A DNA stretch of 63,890 nt, filler included, from Octopus bimaculoides (GCF_001194135.2; 9 parts of 8 records of this genome joined end to end with filler, not necessarily neighbours in it), one strand, 5' to 3'. Shown: positions 38,386 to 51,353, counted from the whole stretch's first letter. Numbers and translations: made by a program. The notes: generated by a model from the letters alone, not told the origin.

Positions 38386-40345
38386 TATCTATGTGTATAT
38401 GTGTACGTACTTTATAATGCATGTGTAAGTTACCCAGTGCAAAACCGGTGTCGAGACTGACTGTCTTTCAGCCCATATTCTATGAATATTGCTCTCCTCA
38501 TCTCCTATCCTCTTATCCATATAACTAGACACACATAAGTCTAGGCTTGTAAGTGCCATATATTTTCAAAACTTGAAGAACTTCCATGAGCAGAGACATT
38601 AAAACACCAAAATAGAATCGCTATAGTTATCAAGGAATCAGTCTTGTTCTAGATTCTCCGAATACTTGAAGAACGTACACAAATATTTCACGTATTTTAT
38701 TAGGTTGAGATACAAATATTGACTTAGATGTGATATAAGAAAACAATATATTCATGAGGAAAATTTGGAAAAATGCAATCAACGGGGAATCGCTGCGAAA
38801 AATATACTCACTTTTATTGTTTACTTGGTTCAGTCTTCGGGCTGTAGCCATGCTGGGCACCACCGCTTTAAAAGGTTTAGTCTCACAAATTGACTCTAGT
38901 AATAATTTTCTCAGAGTTAAGTAGTTATTCTATCGATCTTTTGCCAGGCCGCCAGGTTATGCGGACCTAAAGAAACCAATACCGCCTAACAAGTGGCCAT
39001 GAAGGACAAACGCGACCCAAATATGATGATACACGCGCATATATACATATACATACGTCCTACGATCCACTGACGATATTCATATCTCGATTTGTTTTCA
39101 CATATTTTGTTCGAGAGAATAATTTACTCCAGGGTCTATTTCTCCGGTTAAAAGTCTTCCCACGTCGTATTGCAACCAAACGCATAAAATGTTTGCACAC
39201 GATTATATTTTATTCAAAGCTACTTCATGTAACTCTTGTTATTCAATTCCAGGACCAAGAGTTACTGCTTACTTTTATAAATACGAACTACCATTCTTGT
39301 GGAGCTGTGAAAGACGAATTCGGCATTCGTGACTGACAACGTGCAATGACGAATAAATGCATGCATCCTTTTATCCTATTGTGATTCTGCGTATTTTTTA
39401 TGTGAGAAGAATTTTCTCTCGCAACTATTTCCGCAGTGAAGGGTCTTCCAACGTTTAAGTACATACCAACGTATTAAATGTGGTTGTGCACAATTATATA
39501 ACATTAAAATCACTAAAATTCTTCATGCCCAATAAATATTTAAACACTTCAGACCTGAGCAGTTGGAGACTCTCTATAAAACGAATGTAAGATCCATATT
39601 TAAGTACACTGTATGTACCTTTCCTAGTGTTGTACTGTACTACATTCATAGCAAAATTATTCCGGCTTATTAACAAAAACGTACTCACAGATACATTGTA
39701 TCCACATATAGCCACATAGCAAAGCAATCAAAACATGCTTTCAGCACATGACTGGTATAAATTAGATTCCAAAATAATGAAAATATGGCTGACCCCATAC
39801 TTTAGGCGCCCTACTGAATCTGTCGTCCATCGGGCTGATAATAACGATATGAAGAATAAGAATAATAACAAGAAAAAGAAGAAGACAAACTTCATCGTAG
39901 ACAAATAAAGAATAACAACAGACAAACATGAAGACATCGTTACTTCACTGCGCCGATGAAATATCAATTAATGTCCATGAAATTACGAAGAAAATCTGTA
40001 ACAAATGAGCGAAATGTTGAAGGATAATTGTGTATGTAATACATTAAATTATCAGTAAAATATTAATTTTTCTCTCATTTAATAATATATTGCGAATGTT
40101 CACACTAACAAATGATTAGCTATCAGGTGTAAATACACTGATGAGCACAAGTCAGACCACTCCTTGACATATCTAGTTCTTCACAAAAATACATGGTAAT
40201 TGATTGAAATAAAATAAAACATACATTCGCTTCAAGGTTAAACGGCGAATTCCTTCAATAAATTTTCTGCATAGAAAATACAAAAAAATATTAAAAAAAA
40301 AAAAAAGCCTGTAAAACGCTGTATTACCAGAAACAACTCTTAATA

Positions 40346-40596
40346 TTGGGTTGGTACATAATTATTACGGCATTTTTTCAACAAATTGCATTCAACAAAA
40401 GCAATAACAACATGTAGCAAAAACATCTTTAAATGATTATTCCGGAGCATATTCACCACCTACTTCAATCACTACTTCCCATTTGCTAAGCAGATGGTCA
40501 GACCGCCATTTAAAGATGTTTTTGTTAAATATTGTTATCGTTTTTGTTGAATACAATTTGTTGAAAACAAGCTGCAATAATTATGCACTAACCCAA
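40346..40596. mobile_element. Mariner-derived MITE (251 bp, about 90-bp imperfect TIRs, TA TSD)
   Basis: TA-TTGGGTTGGTACATAATTATT ... AATAATTATGCACTAACCCAA-TA. Core encodes DHLLSKWEVVIEVGGEYAPE* on the minus strand. Confidence 0.88.
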
Positions 40597-41944
40597 TAAG
40601 ATAGTATCCAAAAAAATTGTGAAAGCCCCAACAAAAGGTTAGTTTATATTCTTAAAACCCTGCGGATAAAACAGAAAATGTGTAAATGGTCACAAGAGGG
40701 ATGCGTTTTTAAAATACATAACTATTTTACAGCAACAAGCTACACCACGTCGAGACTACCACAGCACATAAGCACACTCATTTGGAGAAAAAATAGCATA
40801 AATTTAAAAGTAATTCTGGGCCTTAACATAGTAAATAATTTAAGAAGGTATCTCAAAACTAGAAAAAATATATGAGGCACTGAAATAATGAGAGTTAAAA
40901 GAAAGAATACGCAACGAACATACAAACAACTAATAAAAGAAGACAACAACAATCCAGACGACTTAAATAAACATGTTAAAGTTTAAAACATAGAAAGCAT
41001 AAGCTGCAAAGATACGTCTAGCATATGTAAAACATGCAAAATAACAGGAGTCAAAGTGTATCAAGCCTCAGGCGATATACATAAGCAAAACATCACAGAC
41101 TTACATTTACACATGTTGAGTTCATCCATCTTAGACTTATATTTACGATGCTAGGTTCAATCATCTGTCGTATATTTCTACCTTGTTGTTTTTGGCATGT
41201 TGCAGAATTTGAGATTTTCTAGCATTAAAATATTTTTTTTTAAATCCAAATATGGTTAATGTAGCTTTTAATTAAATCTGTTGATGTTGGTATATTTCCA
41301 TTAAGTGTTTCGTCTTTTGAGGATTTTTCTTTTTCGAATTTATTCACAAAAATCGAATATAAGATTGTGCATAATTGTTCCAAATTTTAACTAACCCCTA
41401 CCGTAGAATGTCTTCTTTCTTCACTTTGTTTCAGCCCACTAGAAGGTTCGAAATTCCATTTTAATCAAGGACAAAGATATAAAATTGAGGCTCAGGAGGA
41501 GAACAACACTGCATAGAGAAGAAATCCGTCTCTCATGATATAAACAAGTACTATTAAACGTACACACAGAGAGACGTGTGAAGATTCTCCAACCAAGCTT
41601 CAAAAATTTTCGCTGCATACCAATGCAATAGAATAACTTCTGTACAACAACGGTTAAGTAAATAGACTACATTTATTGAAGAATATTTGCGCCTGAATAC
41701 GAATATACAACCAATTTTGGACTGCGTGAATATTTTCGTTCATAAATATATATCTTTTTAATCTATAAAAATCAATTCATTTTCCACAAAAGAAAGGTAA
41801 TTACCTTTTCTGCTTCTAATGATAACATTCATTTACCTAAAATTTATTCACCTCCGATTCATTTACAAAATATCTATCCTCCTACGAACATGAAATGAAA
41901 ATTTTGTATGATAGCATGACATTTTAAAATTATCGCATACTTCT

Positions 41945-41979
41945 TAGTCATGATTAGCATAATCGAAACCGGTCGACTA
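41945..41979 (+). ncRNA. Inactivated hammerhead motif (catalytic core deleted)
   Basis: Stem I TAGTC/GACTA, stem II GATTA/TAATC, GAAA, palindromic ACCGGT and GUC site are present. CTGANGA is reduced to AT. Confidence 0.5.
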
Positions 41980-42349
41980 TGTAAATATTTTATTTCACAA
42001 AAGTATAGATATTTTACCTACATAAAATTTCTGTGCTCTTTCCATCTTTTTACATTATTTACTTCAATTAACCACGTGGAATTTTTTACTCGAAACATAT
42101 ACCTGTGTGTGTGTGTGTGTGTGCGTGTGCGTGTGCGTGTGCGCGCGCGCGCGTGTGTGTGTGTGTGTGTGTGTGTGAGTCTGTGTATGTGCGCGAGCGT
42201 GTGTTTCTATGTATATTAATATTTCTCAGGGTGATACATGCTCACAAACACATACATCACACTATATTATATCCACTCCCGCATCCTCTGTAAGACCTAT
42301 GTTGGAGGAGGCATGAATATGTGACAACTAATATTCCACAACAAAAACA

Positions 42350-42352
42350 GAT

Positions 42353-42396
<44 letters not shown>

Positions 42397-42711
42397 TCAC
42401 CACCACAACTATCACCACCACAACTATCACCACCACAACTAACACTTTAACCACAACTACCACCTTACCTGTACTACTACTACTACTACCACCACTACAA
42501 AAGCTACATATGTTACTAGTAGTACTATTAATATGCTACTAATAGTAACATTAGTCCTCCCATTACCACCAATAACAGCACAACAAATTCCAACACAACA
42601 AATTCCAATATTACTACTAACATGACAACCACAAGATCTAGTACTAGCATCGCCACTAAAACTACAACTAATATTGTTACTACTCCCACCACCACTACTA
42701 CTACTACTACT
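42350..42711. repeat. (CTA/CCA)n trinucleotide low-complexity tract
   Basis: Directly visible. Confidence 0.9.
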
Positions 42712-42811
42712 NNNNNNNNNNNNNNNNNNNNNNNNNNNNNNNNNNNNNNNNNNNNTTAATTAATTAANNNNNNNNNNNNNNNNNNNNNNNNNNNNNNNNN
42801 NNNNNNNNNNN

Positions 42812-42906
42812 GCACCACAGCAAACCACAGCACATACCCGTGGCGCACAGAGCTGCGCTCGGTAGTGAAGTGAAAGCACGTTATAAAAATAAAACTACTG
42901 AACAAC

Positions 42907-42974
<68 letters not shown>

Positions 42975-42990
42975 TAATAACAATAATAAA
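42812..42990 (+). mobile_element. Probable LINE 3' end with (AAT)n tail
   Basis: Short structured GC-rich segment followed by a long (AAT)n tract. R4/Dong elements are known to associate with (TAA)n, and such an RT lies 1 kb away (inference). Confidence 0.4.
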
Positions 42991-43374
42991 TGCCCGGATG
43001 CAGTACTAGGCAATGGTTCTCATGACTTCTGATCCTAATTGATTGGAAGTGTTATCATGTACATTGTTTTGTCTTGGTATAAAAGATGGACTACAGCAAA
43101 TATTCTGCTCAATACCGCAGATTTGCTTGTTAGTAGTTTTACCTTAACCAGTTGAGCTTGTCCCTTGGTGGCTGAAGATATGTGCATCTCCAATGTATTA
43201 TACGAGCAAAGTTGTTATTCTTGCATCGGCTTTGGGTGATATAGCCAGTCATTTAACTAGATAGTTTTGCCTAATTTCATTAGAATGTAATAAGGATAAA
43301 GTGATAAATGTTTACCTAAGTGTTTTGATACGTTTCTTTTTTTTCCTGGGATATCTGTGTTGATATCCTTTCTA

Positions 43375-43565
43375 CTACAGGCACAAGGCCTGGAATTTTG
43401 TGGGAGGGGATTAGTCGATTACGTCGAGCCCCAGTACTCATTTGATATTTAATTTATTAACCCCAAAACTATGAAAGACAAAATCAACCTCGGCGAAATT
43501 CGAATTCAGAAAGTAGAGACAGGTGAAAAACCGGAAAGCGTGCAAACAATTCTGACAGCTTGCTG
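43375..43565 (-). mobile_element. SINE family D, diverged
   Basis: Reverse complement contains CTGAATTCGAATTTCGCCGAGGTTGATTTTGTCTTTCAT..GTACTGGGGCTCGAC. Confidence 0.65.
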
Positions 43566-43779
43566 CTTTAATATATTTTGATATTAATCACTTGTATAAT
43601 GCTTTGTTCTTTTCTTTTCTATGTTGGATAAAACATAAACCGTTTCACCTATTATCCTCGAAGTCTTCTATTTGTATATAAACACACGTAATATTTTAAT
43701 GTTACCCTTTTTCTAGAAGTGTTTTTATGCACTGTGATGGCGAACAAGAAATCAGCCTTTACAGTAACCTACATATGGA

Positions 43780-45874
43780 TTAGTAAATATTATTCCTCCG
43801 AAACACAAAGATATTTTCATTTCCATTTCTAAATGTCAAAACTGTTCTGTGAAAAAAAAAAAGGAAAGGAAAACAATGTATATAATGCCTTCTCAGCTTA
43901 TTTGCTGAATATATAATTTATGCACCAAATAACGCATGGTGTTGTTCTATTGCCTACATAAGCAAACTCCACACAGTCTTCTACTGATATTGACCCTCTT
44001 CCACATTCCTTCCCAAGTATGTATAATCTTGCTACCCCTGTCCTTGGGTAGAATCGCCAATTCAATTTGAATTCCTTTATAGTTCTTCTTTCTAGCTTTG
44101 CTAATTCAGGTCTTGTCCAATCTACAAAAGCTTCGGGGTATCTAAGTAATGATACTGCCCAAGTATTAACAGACTTCACTATATTCAGGCGATTTACCTT
44201 CCTCACACGTCTAATGTTATCCGTCTCAATTTTCGTTTTCATTTCTGTAGTTAGTACTCTATGAGATTCCTGCACTCCTAGATACTTATAACTCTCTCCT
44301 CCATTCAATAATTTTAAAGTTTGCCCACCTGTTATTTGGATGCCTTCACTGTTGACTTCCTGTCCCCTTCTCGTGACTAATATTGGAGACTTATCTATGC
44401 CAAATTCCATGCCAATATCTTGGCTGAAGTGTCTTAACGTCTGTATTAAGGAATCTCTCTAATTATCATCCATCTACAGCAAATGGTTAATTTTTCCATT
44501 ACTATTTCTGAACTACTACCCAGCCTTTGCCTTCCTTAATACTAAACTCAGGAGGATCAAACATATGACAAATATTAATGGGTAGAACGAGTTCCCCTTC
44601 AAAATTCCTCTTTTGATATTAACCTTCCTTAAGAGTGTGTCACCTGAGTAGAGACCTACTTTCCATTTCTTCATGCTAAAGCTAATTAATTCTCTTATGT
44701 TGTCTACTATACTGAATATACTCAAAATTCACATATCCATGAGTGTAGGAACATGTCATAAGATTTCCTATAATCTATTCATGCTATTTTTAAATTTTAG
44801 CCTCTAGCTTTTACTTCATTTAGAACTGGTTTGGCAATATATAATAGATCATGCGTTCCTCTAGCTTTCTTCCTGCAACCTTTCTGTTTGTAGTAAACTT
44901 TGGTTGTCAAGGTACTTGTACTTTCTGAACGCATTCCTGTTAACGATATGTACACTAATGGTATGCAAGTAATTGGTCTATAGTAGGTACCTTACATAAA
45001 CTGAGATAATGTAATATACATCACCATCGTCATCACCAATATTATTTTTCGACATCTGAAAGTTTCAAGCAATTTTCTATTCATCATTTGTTGCACTTTT
45101 GTGCTGTGGAGTGGTGTGTGCTGCACTTCATTTGGTGCAGGGGATATCGTATTGTATGAGTACGTTTTGTTAATGGGGTTTTGCGTGAATATTCTGTTGT
45201 ATAAGTTTTTATGTTATGTGTTGTTTGTGTAGTGCAGGTTGTATTCTTCTCTCGGGTATCGTCCTTCTATGCCATAAGTTGTGGGTTTTGTTAATTTTTC
45301 GGTGTATTTACAGTATGCGTTTATTCTCGGGGTGGGGGATTGGAGGGGTATTGTATAATAATGTGTGTATGTAACTCCTAAATCAACTATGTTTTAGTAT
45401 TTATGATTATCCACCCGCCATTATCTTGCTTGATTTTGCTATGGGTTCCGTTAATTATTATTGTTACTTTATTAATATCACGTTTATTATTATCTTCTTT
45501 CAATCGTTTCCTTTTCTTGCCGAGCGCCTTCCTGACAACTAGGGCATAGAAACGCACAGCATACATTTGTGGGCCATTAAAATAATCGTTTATTGACAGA
45601 GTCATGTAATAGAAAAAAGGAGAAGAAAAGCAGAGAGTAAAAGGGGAAAGTATAAAATACAGAAGTTAAGAAAGAAAATAAAGAGGGAAAAGACAAAAGA
45701 AAATTCACAGCGACAGTGCTTTCTCAATACGTGTGACATGCCAGATTATGCAATATTTTGCACTTCCTGCATGTATGATAATCCAGGGAAAATTTTTTAA
45801 TAATTTTTAGTCCCTTTTTTTATCATACCAAGTACCCTACAATCACTGGTATTGTAACCGTCTTTAGATGCCAT
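43780..45874 (-). CDS. Speculative 3-exon small gene model (45874-45829, 45538-45415, 43846-43780)
   Basis: GCGAAG-ATGG start, TTG|GTATGA donor, strong T-rich acceptor at 43847, compatible phases. The second donor (GTGGAT) is weak and there is no known domain. Confidence 0.2.
43940..44990 (-). pseudogene. R4/Dong-clade non-LTR retrotransposon RT fragment
   Basis: IKRGILKGNSFYPLIFVI, NHLL*MDD, DIGMEFGIDK, YKYLGVQE, NTWAVSLLRY, RLYI..GRG. Contains stops and frameshifts. Confidence 0.85.
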
Positions 45875-46324
45875 CTTCGCTGCTACTACTGTGTGGTAAT
45901 ATTAAATGTTGTTTAGTTTCGACTTTTGTCTTGTTCTTGAGATAATGAGAAATATGGTAGGTTGAGAGGAGATCGTAAAAGAAAGAGGAACAGCTTGGTG
46001 AATAAACCAAATTCCACACGTTTGTAAATAGGTTCGGCAGATGGTGAGAAGGAGATAATGGCGCTTCGAATTCCTGTGCGATGAGCGAGCTTGAAGCGTC
46101 ACACTCTTGTGGTCAGCAGAGGCCAAATGTGTTTACTAGTACTAACGATCAATTAGAGCGCTGACTTAGGCCTTAAAAAGAACCAATCAACGCTGTTCTA
46201 TTTTAATTAATGATAGAAAAATAATAATATATATTCTGATGTTCACATCGTTGAATTATTGAATATAAAAATATAATCAATCCAAACATGAACAACTAAG
46301 AAAAGACTAAACTTCTCTTAATAA

Positions 46325-47600
46325 AGTTCGGATGGTTACTGGACGCGTTTAAGTATTTGATGTTAGTGTTGGGTTTTATATAGGGTTCTTGGAGTCAAGT
46401 GGCTTAGTTGCAGTTTGCGTCTAAGTAGTTAATGAAGCTGTGTTCCTTTTCTATAAAAATAGATAGTCTAAATCTTTTAAAGAATTTGTGCAGTTTTAAC
46501 TTCCTATTTGACGCTTTATTTAATTCGAAAGGGAGCGTCGTCCATGCATAATCCACTCTTGAGTTCTAGGAATTCATCCTGTATGTATGATATCAAATAA
46601 ACGCACACCAGGTCAGTTACCTGTGCTGAATCTGGGGCTCCCATAGTGATATCAAAATAGTTAGGGGAGGTCTTTCGTACCCAAAGTTTATTACCAAAGC
46701 TTATAACAGATTTCTTCGCTTCTAGAATTACTTTTGTTTCCTTCATAGTTAATTGCGTGGGATTTTTGGCGAACGTTAGGGTACTGTTTAGGATCGTAGG
46801 GTTAATTGAGGAGTAGTAATCTACTATGTCTATCTGTATGAATTTGTAGTTCCTCGTGTTCTGTATATTGGAGAACCAGTTTATGGCTTCATATGTGCTG
46901 GACCATAAATCTAGGGCTATTCAACTTTTTAACTTAGGGATGTATTTGCCGAGTATTAGTTTACTTAATTTACATAGGTTCGATTTATTTGTGCATATTA
47001 ATCTTACTTTAGTATCGGTTAAGAAGTTGGGTTTATGGTCTTTTAGCGTGATGCGAAGTTTGGATGGCACGAAAGGTTCAGTTTTGTCCTCTAATTTGTA
47101 GTCTGTCATAATGTCCTTGTCTGCTAAGCTCATAGATCTTAAGGTGGTATCCGGTGCTATTTTGTATTTTTTTTTGTAATTTCCTTATGTAGCAGTTGGA
47201 GGTATAAATTAACATCTAGAGTGTAGGAGTTCCTTATTTTATCGGAGTGCACAGTAACTCGGTTTTGTGATCTGAGCTTGTAGTAGGTCTTTTAGGTTCT
47301 TTTGGTTGCTGTTATTTCTTAGTGGATGACGTTTGTATTGTAGGTTTTGATGGTATCCCATATTTCGCATTCAAAGGCGTCTAAGTGGCTGTTTGGTGGG
47401 GGTGTTTTCCTAGTCTTAAAAAATATTTTGGTGAAATCGTTGTTGTTGCAATAGTGTTGTGACTCAGCCTGGGCGTTGTTGTCATAAAATAAGGCCTCCC
47501 AACGTTAACTGTGTCTGAAATCTGTTATCTCGCTGATGACTTCTTCAGGGTATACAATTTGGGTGGAATCCCTATGTCTTTCGCTCGTTTTAACTTTACA
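46325..47600 (-). pseudogene. Penelope-like element reverse transcriptase, decayed
   Basis: ITLKDHKPNF..VRLIC, FIQIDIVDYYSSI, FDITMGAPDSAQVTDLV, GLCMDD, NYLDAN..PYIKPN..SNHP. Confidence 0.9.
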
Positions 47601-47608
47601 TATGACTA

Positions 47609-47664
47609 TGCATTCTGATGATATCTACCACTAAAACTGGTAAACAGAAACGATCGTAAATGTA
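47609..47664 (+). ncRNA. Minimal type I hammerhead ribozyme, intact core
   Basis: Stem I TGCATT/AATGTA, CTGATGA at 47615-47621, stem II TACCA/TGGTA with mismatched base, GAAA at 47647-47650. Palindromic ACGATCGT, GUA site at 47658. Confidence 0.8.
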
Positions 47665-47899
47665 CCTAACTACCACTTTCCTTAATTAATTAATTAAATT
47701 AATGGCTTACTAGCGCAAACGACCAACCTCTTCATGTTATTTCTCCACAAATTTTCTTCTTGCATATAATTTAAATTACTGTTTATCCGCTGAATTACCT
47801 GCTACTGTATACATTTTACCAAGGACTATACCTACGCAGCTAATCACAAGGAGCGGCTTTGGATTTAACCATCCCCTATAGGTGTTAAACACCTCTAAC

Positions 47900-47937
<38 letters not shown>

Positions 47938-48058
47938 NNNNNNNNNNNNNNNNNNNNNNNNNNNNNNNNNNNNNNNNNNNNTTAATTAATTAANNNNNNN
48001 NNNNNNNNNNNNNNNNNNNNNNNNNNNNNNNNNNNNNACATATATATATATATATATA

Positions 48059-48292
48059 CAGGTTGGCCCCAAAGTAGGTTTACAGTTATCACGTAGGCAC
48101 TTTAAATTTCTTTTGAAACATTTTATTACATCTAAATTTCTATCTTACAAACTGAAAAAGGAGCTTGACAAAATTAACTAAATTAACATAGAATAATGGC
48201 TTCATATTTTTTATAATTAAGATTTAAACTGTTAATATAAGAATGCGAAAGAGATAGTTGAGTAACTGTAAACCTACTTTTGGGCCACTCTG
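48059..48292. mobile_element. Tc1/mariner-type MITE (234 bp, 30-bp TIR, TA TSD)
   Basis: CAGGTTGGCCCCAAAGTAGGTTTACAGTTA / TAACTGTAAACCTACTTTTGGGCCACTCTG. Confidence 0.9.
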
Positions 48293-48444
48293 TATATATA
48301 TATATCATCATCATCATCATTTAACGTCTGTTTTCCATGCTGGCATGAGCTGAACTGTTTGGCAGGAGCTGGCCGGCCAGAGAGCTACCCAAACTCCAAT
48401 TGACCTCCCTAATGCCAACTGCTTTACAGAGTGTATACGCTTTT

Positions 48445-48638
48445 ACTCTTTACTTTTTTATTTGTTTCAGTCATCTGACTGCAGCCATGCTGGAGCACTG
48501 CCTTTTAGTCGAACAGATTGACCCCAGAACTTGTTCTTTGTAAGCCTAATACTTATTCTATCGGTGATTTTTGCTGAATTGCGGATACATAAAGATATCA
48601 GCATCAGTTGTCAAGTGATGGTGGGGGCACAAGCACAG

Positions 48639-48670
<32 letters not shown>

Positions 48671-48805
48671 ATGACAGACTTTCAGTTTTCATCTACCAAA
48701 TTCACTCACAAGTCTTTGTTGGTTGGCCTGAGGCTATAGCAGAAGACACTTGCCCAAGGAGTCACGTAGTGGGACTGAACCCGGGACCATGTGGTTGATA
48801 AGCAA
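48445..48805 (-). mobile_element. SINE family A, full length with (TG)n spacer
   Basis: Head at 48675-48805, (CA)n at 48635-48668, 3' half to 48445. Confidence 0.85.
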
Positions 48806-48849
48806 GCTACATACCACACAGCCATTGAATGCTTTTTTTCTCGTTCCAC

Positions 48850-49400
48850 CAGCACTAGTTAAGTTGCCATGTAACTTGCAAGGCAGAAAAGGGAAAAGGA
48901 AAAAGCTCCCACTACTAAGAGGAATAATTGAAAAGGTGAAGGTGGAGGTGGGTGGCTTTAGGCCTGGTGCTGAAAGATTAAAGAACGATAGAGGGACAAG
49001 CACAGGTATCTTGTTACAGAGGAGATATAAGGCTGAAGGAGGTAAGTGGTAAGTTGTAAAGGGTTGCAAGAGCAAATTCTCAAGGAACAAGAAGGTAGCA
49101 TAAGAGAGGAGGACACGGATGGAGGATTATGGGAGGGAATGAGAGAGTGGATGCTTCCATAAGAGTGTTAAGGAGGAGTAAATAGGTGTTAGGTAGTGGT
49201 TAATGTAGTGAGTAATGGACAAGGGCTGGAGTGCCAATGATGAGAAATGCCAGTATGTTGAGGGATAAGGTGGGAGGATATAGAAGTGGCTCAGGGAGAA
49301 TAGAAGAGAAAGTAGTAGAATGATGTGCAAGGTGCAGGAGTTGAGGAGTGGGGATACAGGAATACATAAGGGAGTGAACCAAAGACCACATGATTGGGAA
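48850..49400 (-). pseudogene. Highly decayed PLE (Neptune-like) Cys-linker region
   Basis: Frameshifted LCNK..CACPSI..SFSTRPKATH resembles the cysteine linker upstream of GIY-YIG. Confidence 0.35.
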
Positions 49401-50155
49401 CCAAGCTTCTTACCCATACAGCCACAGCTGTGCCTATCTAGTATCTAGAATTTTAAAATGATATTTTAAGGCTTTCTAAAACCTTAATAATACTGTTTGA
49501 AAGTCTTCAAAATAAAACTATTCATAATTTTGTTATGGTAGTGAGGCCCTTAACTCCTGATGGAGTTGTAGGAGTGACATGTTTATGTAAAGCAGCTCTT
49601 GGGCATTGTAAACCTTGTAGAGTCCATCTACCTCCCAGTCTGAATACAGTGGACTTCTTCTGGAGAGAAAGACAGAATGAGACAGAAAAAAATTAAACAG
49701 AGAAAGCGAGACAGAGAAAAGTGAGAAGGTAAAAGTGTGAGAGAGAGAGAGAAAGTGAAACAGAAAAGTGAGACAGAGAAAGTAAGACAAAGTGAAACAG
49801 AAAGTGAGACAGATAAAGGGAGAAAAGTATTAACCCCTAGTATTGTCTGCCTGAAAGGGTGAAATGAAAAGTTGATCTCAATAAAAATTGAACTCAGAAA
49901 GCAAAAACCCAGACAGAATACCATACAGTATACTATCACATTGTCTGATGACTGCCAAAATACTATCATAATTTTGGTATAGGTATATAATTGTCTTTAT
50001 TGCTTATCTTTTACTTGTTTCAGTCATTGGACAGCAGCCATACTGCGAGCAATGGCTTAGGGTAGTCAATCAAATCTGTTTTCAAGCATTAATGGGAGAC
50101 AAATACAAAGTCATGCATACATAAATACATACATACATGTGTGTGTGTGTTTGTT

Positions 50156-50223
<68 letters not shown>

Positions 50224-50339
50224 CTTCCCTCACTGTTTGACAATACATATTGATGTGTTTATGTCCCTGTAACTTAGCAGTTCAGCAAAAGAGACCAATA
50301 GAATAAGTACCAAACTTTAAAATAAGTACTGGGTTTAAC

Positions 50340-50730
50340 AAGTGCATGATAAAGAATGTGGCTTACAAATGTGAGGTGAAGGTGGGTACACAGAAAGATG
50401 TGTACATTGGTGGTACCAGAGACCCATGTAAAATCTGCACAGCCATCCTTTTCCAATGTAAACAAAAGGCACTCCACATCTAACCTCATCTGGAGGCTCA
50501 AACAGAATGGAGTGAAGCATACAACTCACTGGTTTATTACAAAAAAAAATGCTGCACCATAAGATAGAACATTGAGAGTGTGCAACTTATGTCTGGAGGA
50601 AACCCTGGCGATCATCACATCCAGAAAAAACATAATTAATAGACATCCTGAAGTTATTATATCATGTAAGCATGAACGCAAGGCATCATTCCTAGAATTC
50701 GAAAAAAGCCTTTTGAAACAGAAAAACACT
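50340..50730 (+). pseudogene. PLE GIY-YIG endonuclease fragment
   Basis: CMIKNVAYKCEV..VYIGGT..LIWRLK..VCNLCLEE..NRHPE..SCKHE. Confidence 0.8.
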
Positions 50731-51353
50731 AACCATCTTTAGCATATAATAAACAAGTGAAGAACATAAATAACTGAACAAAATAACCACTATTTTCATA
50801 TGCCATATGCTATACCATTATACTACCAAAAGTAATTAATTGGACATTTTAAGAAAATATCATTTGTCAACTGAGACAATGAACTCCAACAACTGAGTGT
50901 AGTGGCTGTACATGCTGACCCAACTAATTCTGGATTCATTGAAGAGGGGCCTGCAGTGAATGAGATCAAACCAAAGAACATACTACCCATTCTGACATCT
51001 GCATACTCAAATATCAAAATAAATCCAACACACACCTCCATCTCCTTATAACTACCATTCCTTCCTCTCTTCCCATCACCTTCTACTCCTCCCCATCAAA
51101 TACACACAGAAATACCCACATACCCATATCAAACTTTTCATTGGTCAAAATTGATAAACAACTCTCAGTTAAACATTCCTTAATGCTATATCAGCCAAAG
51201 AAATGAATGCATGATTGTGATCTACCCGATGTCCATGGATACTACATACTGTATTGTAATTATCCTCAAAATATGGACTATGATCTTAACACACATGATT
51301 TAAGGAAATGCTTGTAGCGATGCATTAAAATATTAATAAATTCCACCCTAGGA

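Larger units (their letters stand above)
24580..38400. repeat. Microsatellite-dense zone: (CA)n, (TA)n, (GA)n, (TAGA)n, (CATA)n, (TTG)n
   Basis: Directly visible. Similar tracts are scattered through the whole window. Confidence 0.95.

Noticed and set aside
39728-39985. Signal-peptide-like ORF MKFVFFFFLLLFLFFISLLSA on the minus strand after a good acceptor
   Set aside because: The hydrophobic run derives from low-complexity AAG/AAT sequence, and no downstream mature domain or linked exon was found. Not excluded, but unsupported.
40640-40880. Possible further GIY-YIG remnant (TSRLPQHISTLIWRK)
   Set aside because: Only one short motif resembles PLE endonuclease, which is too weak to call.
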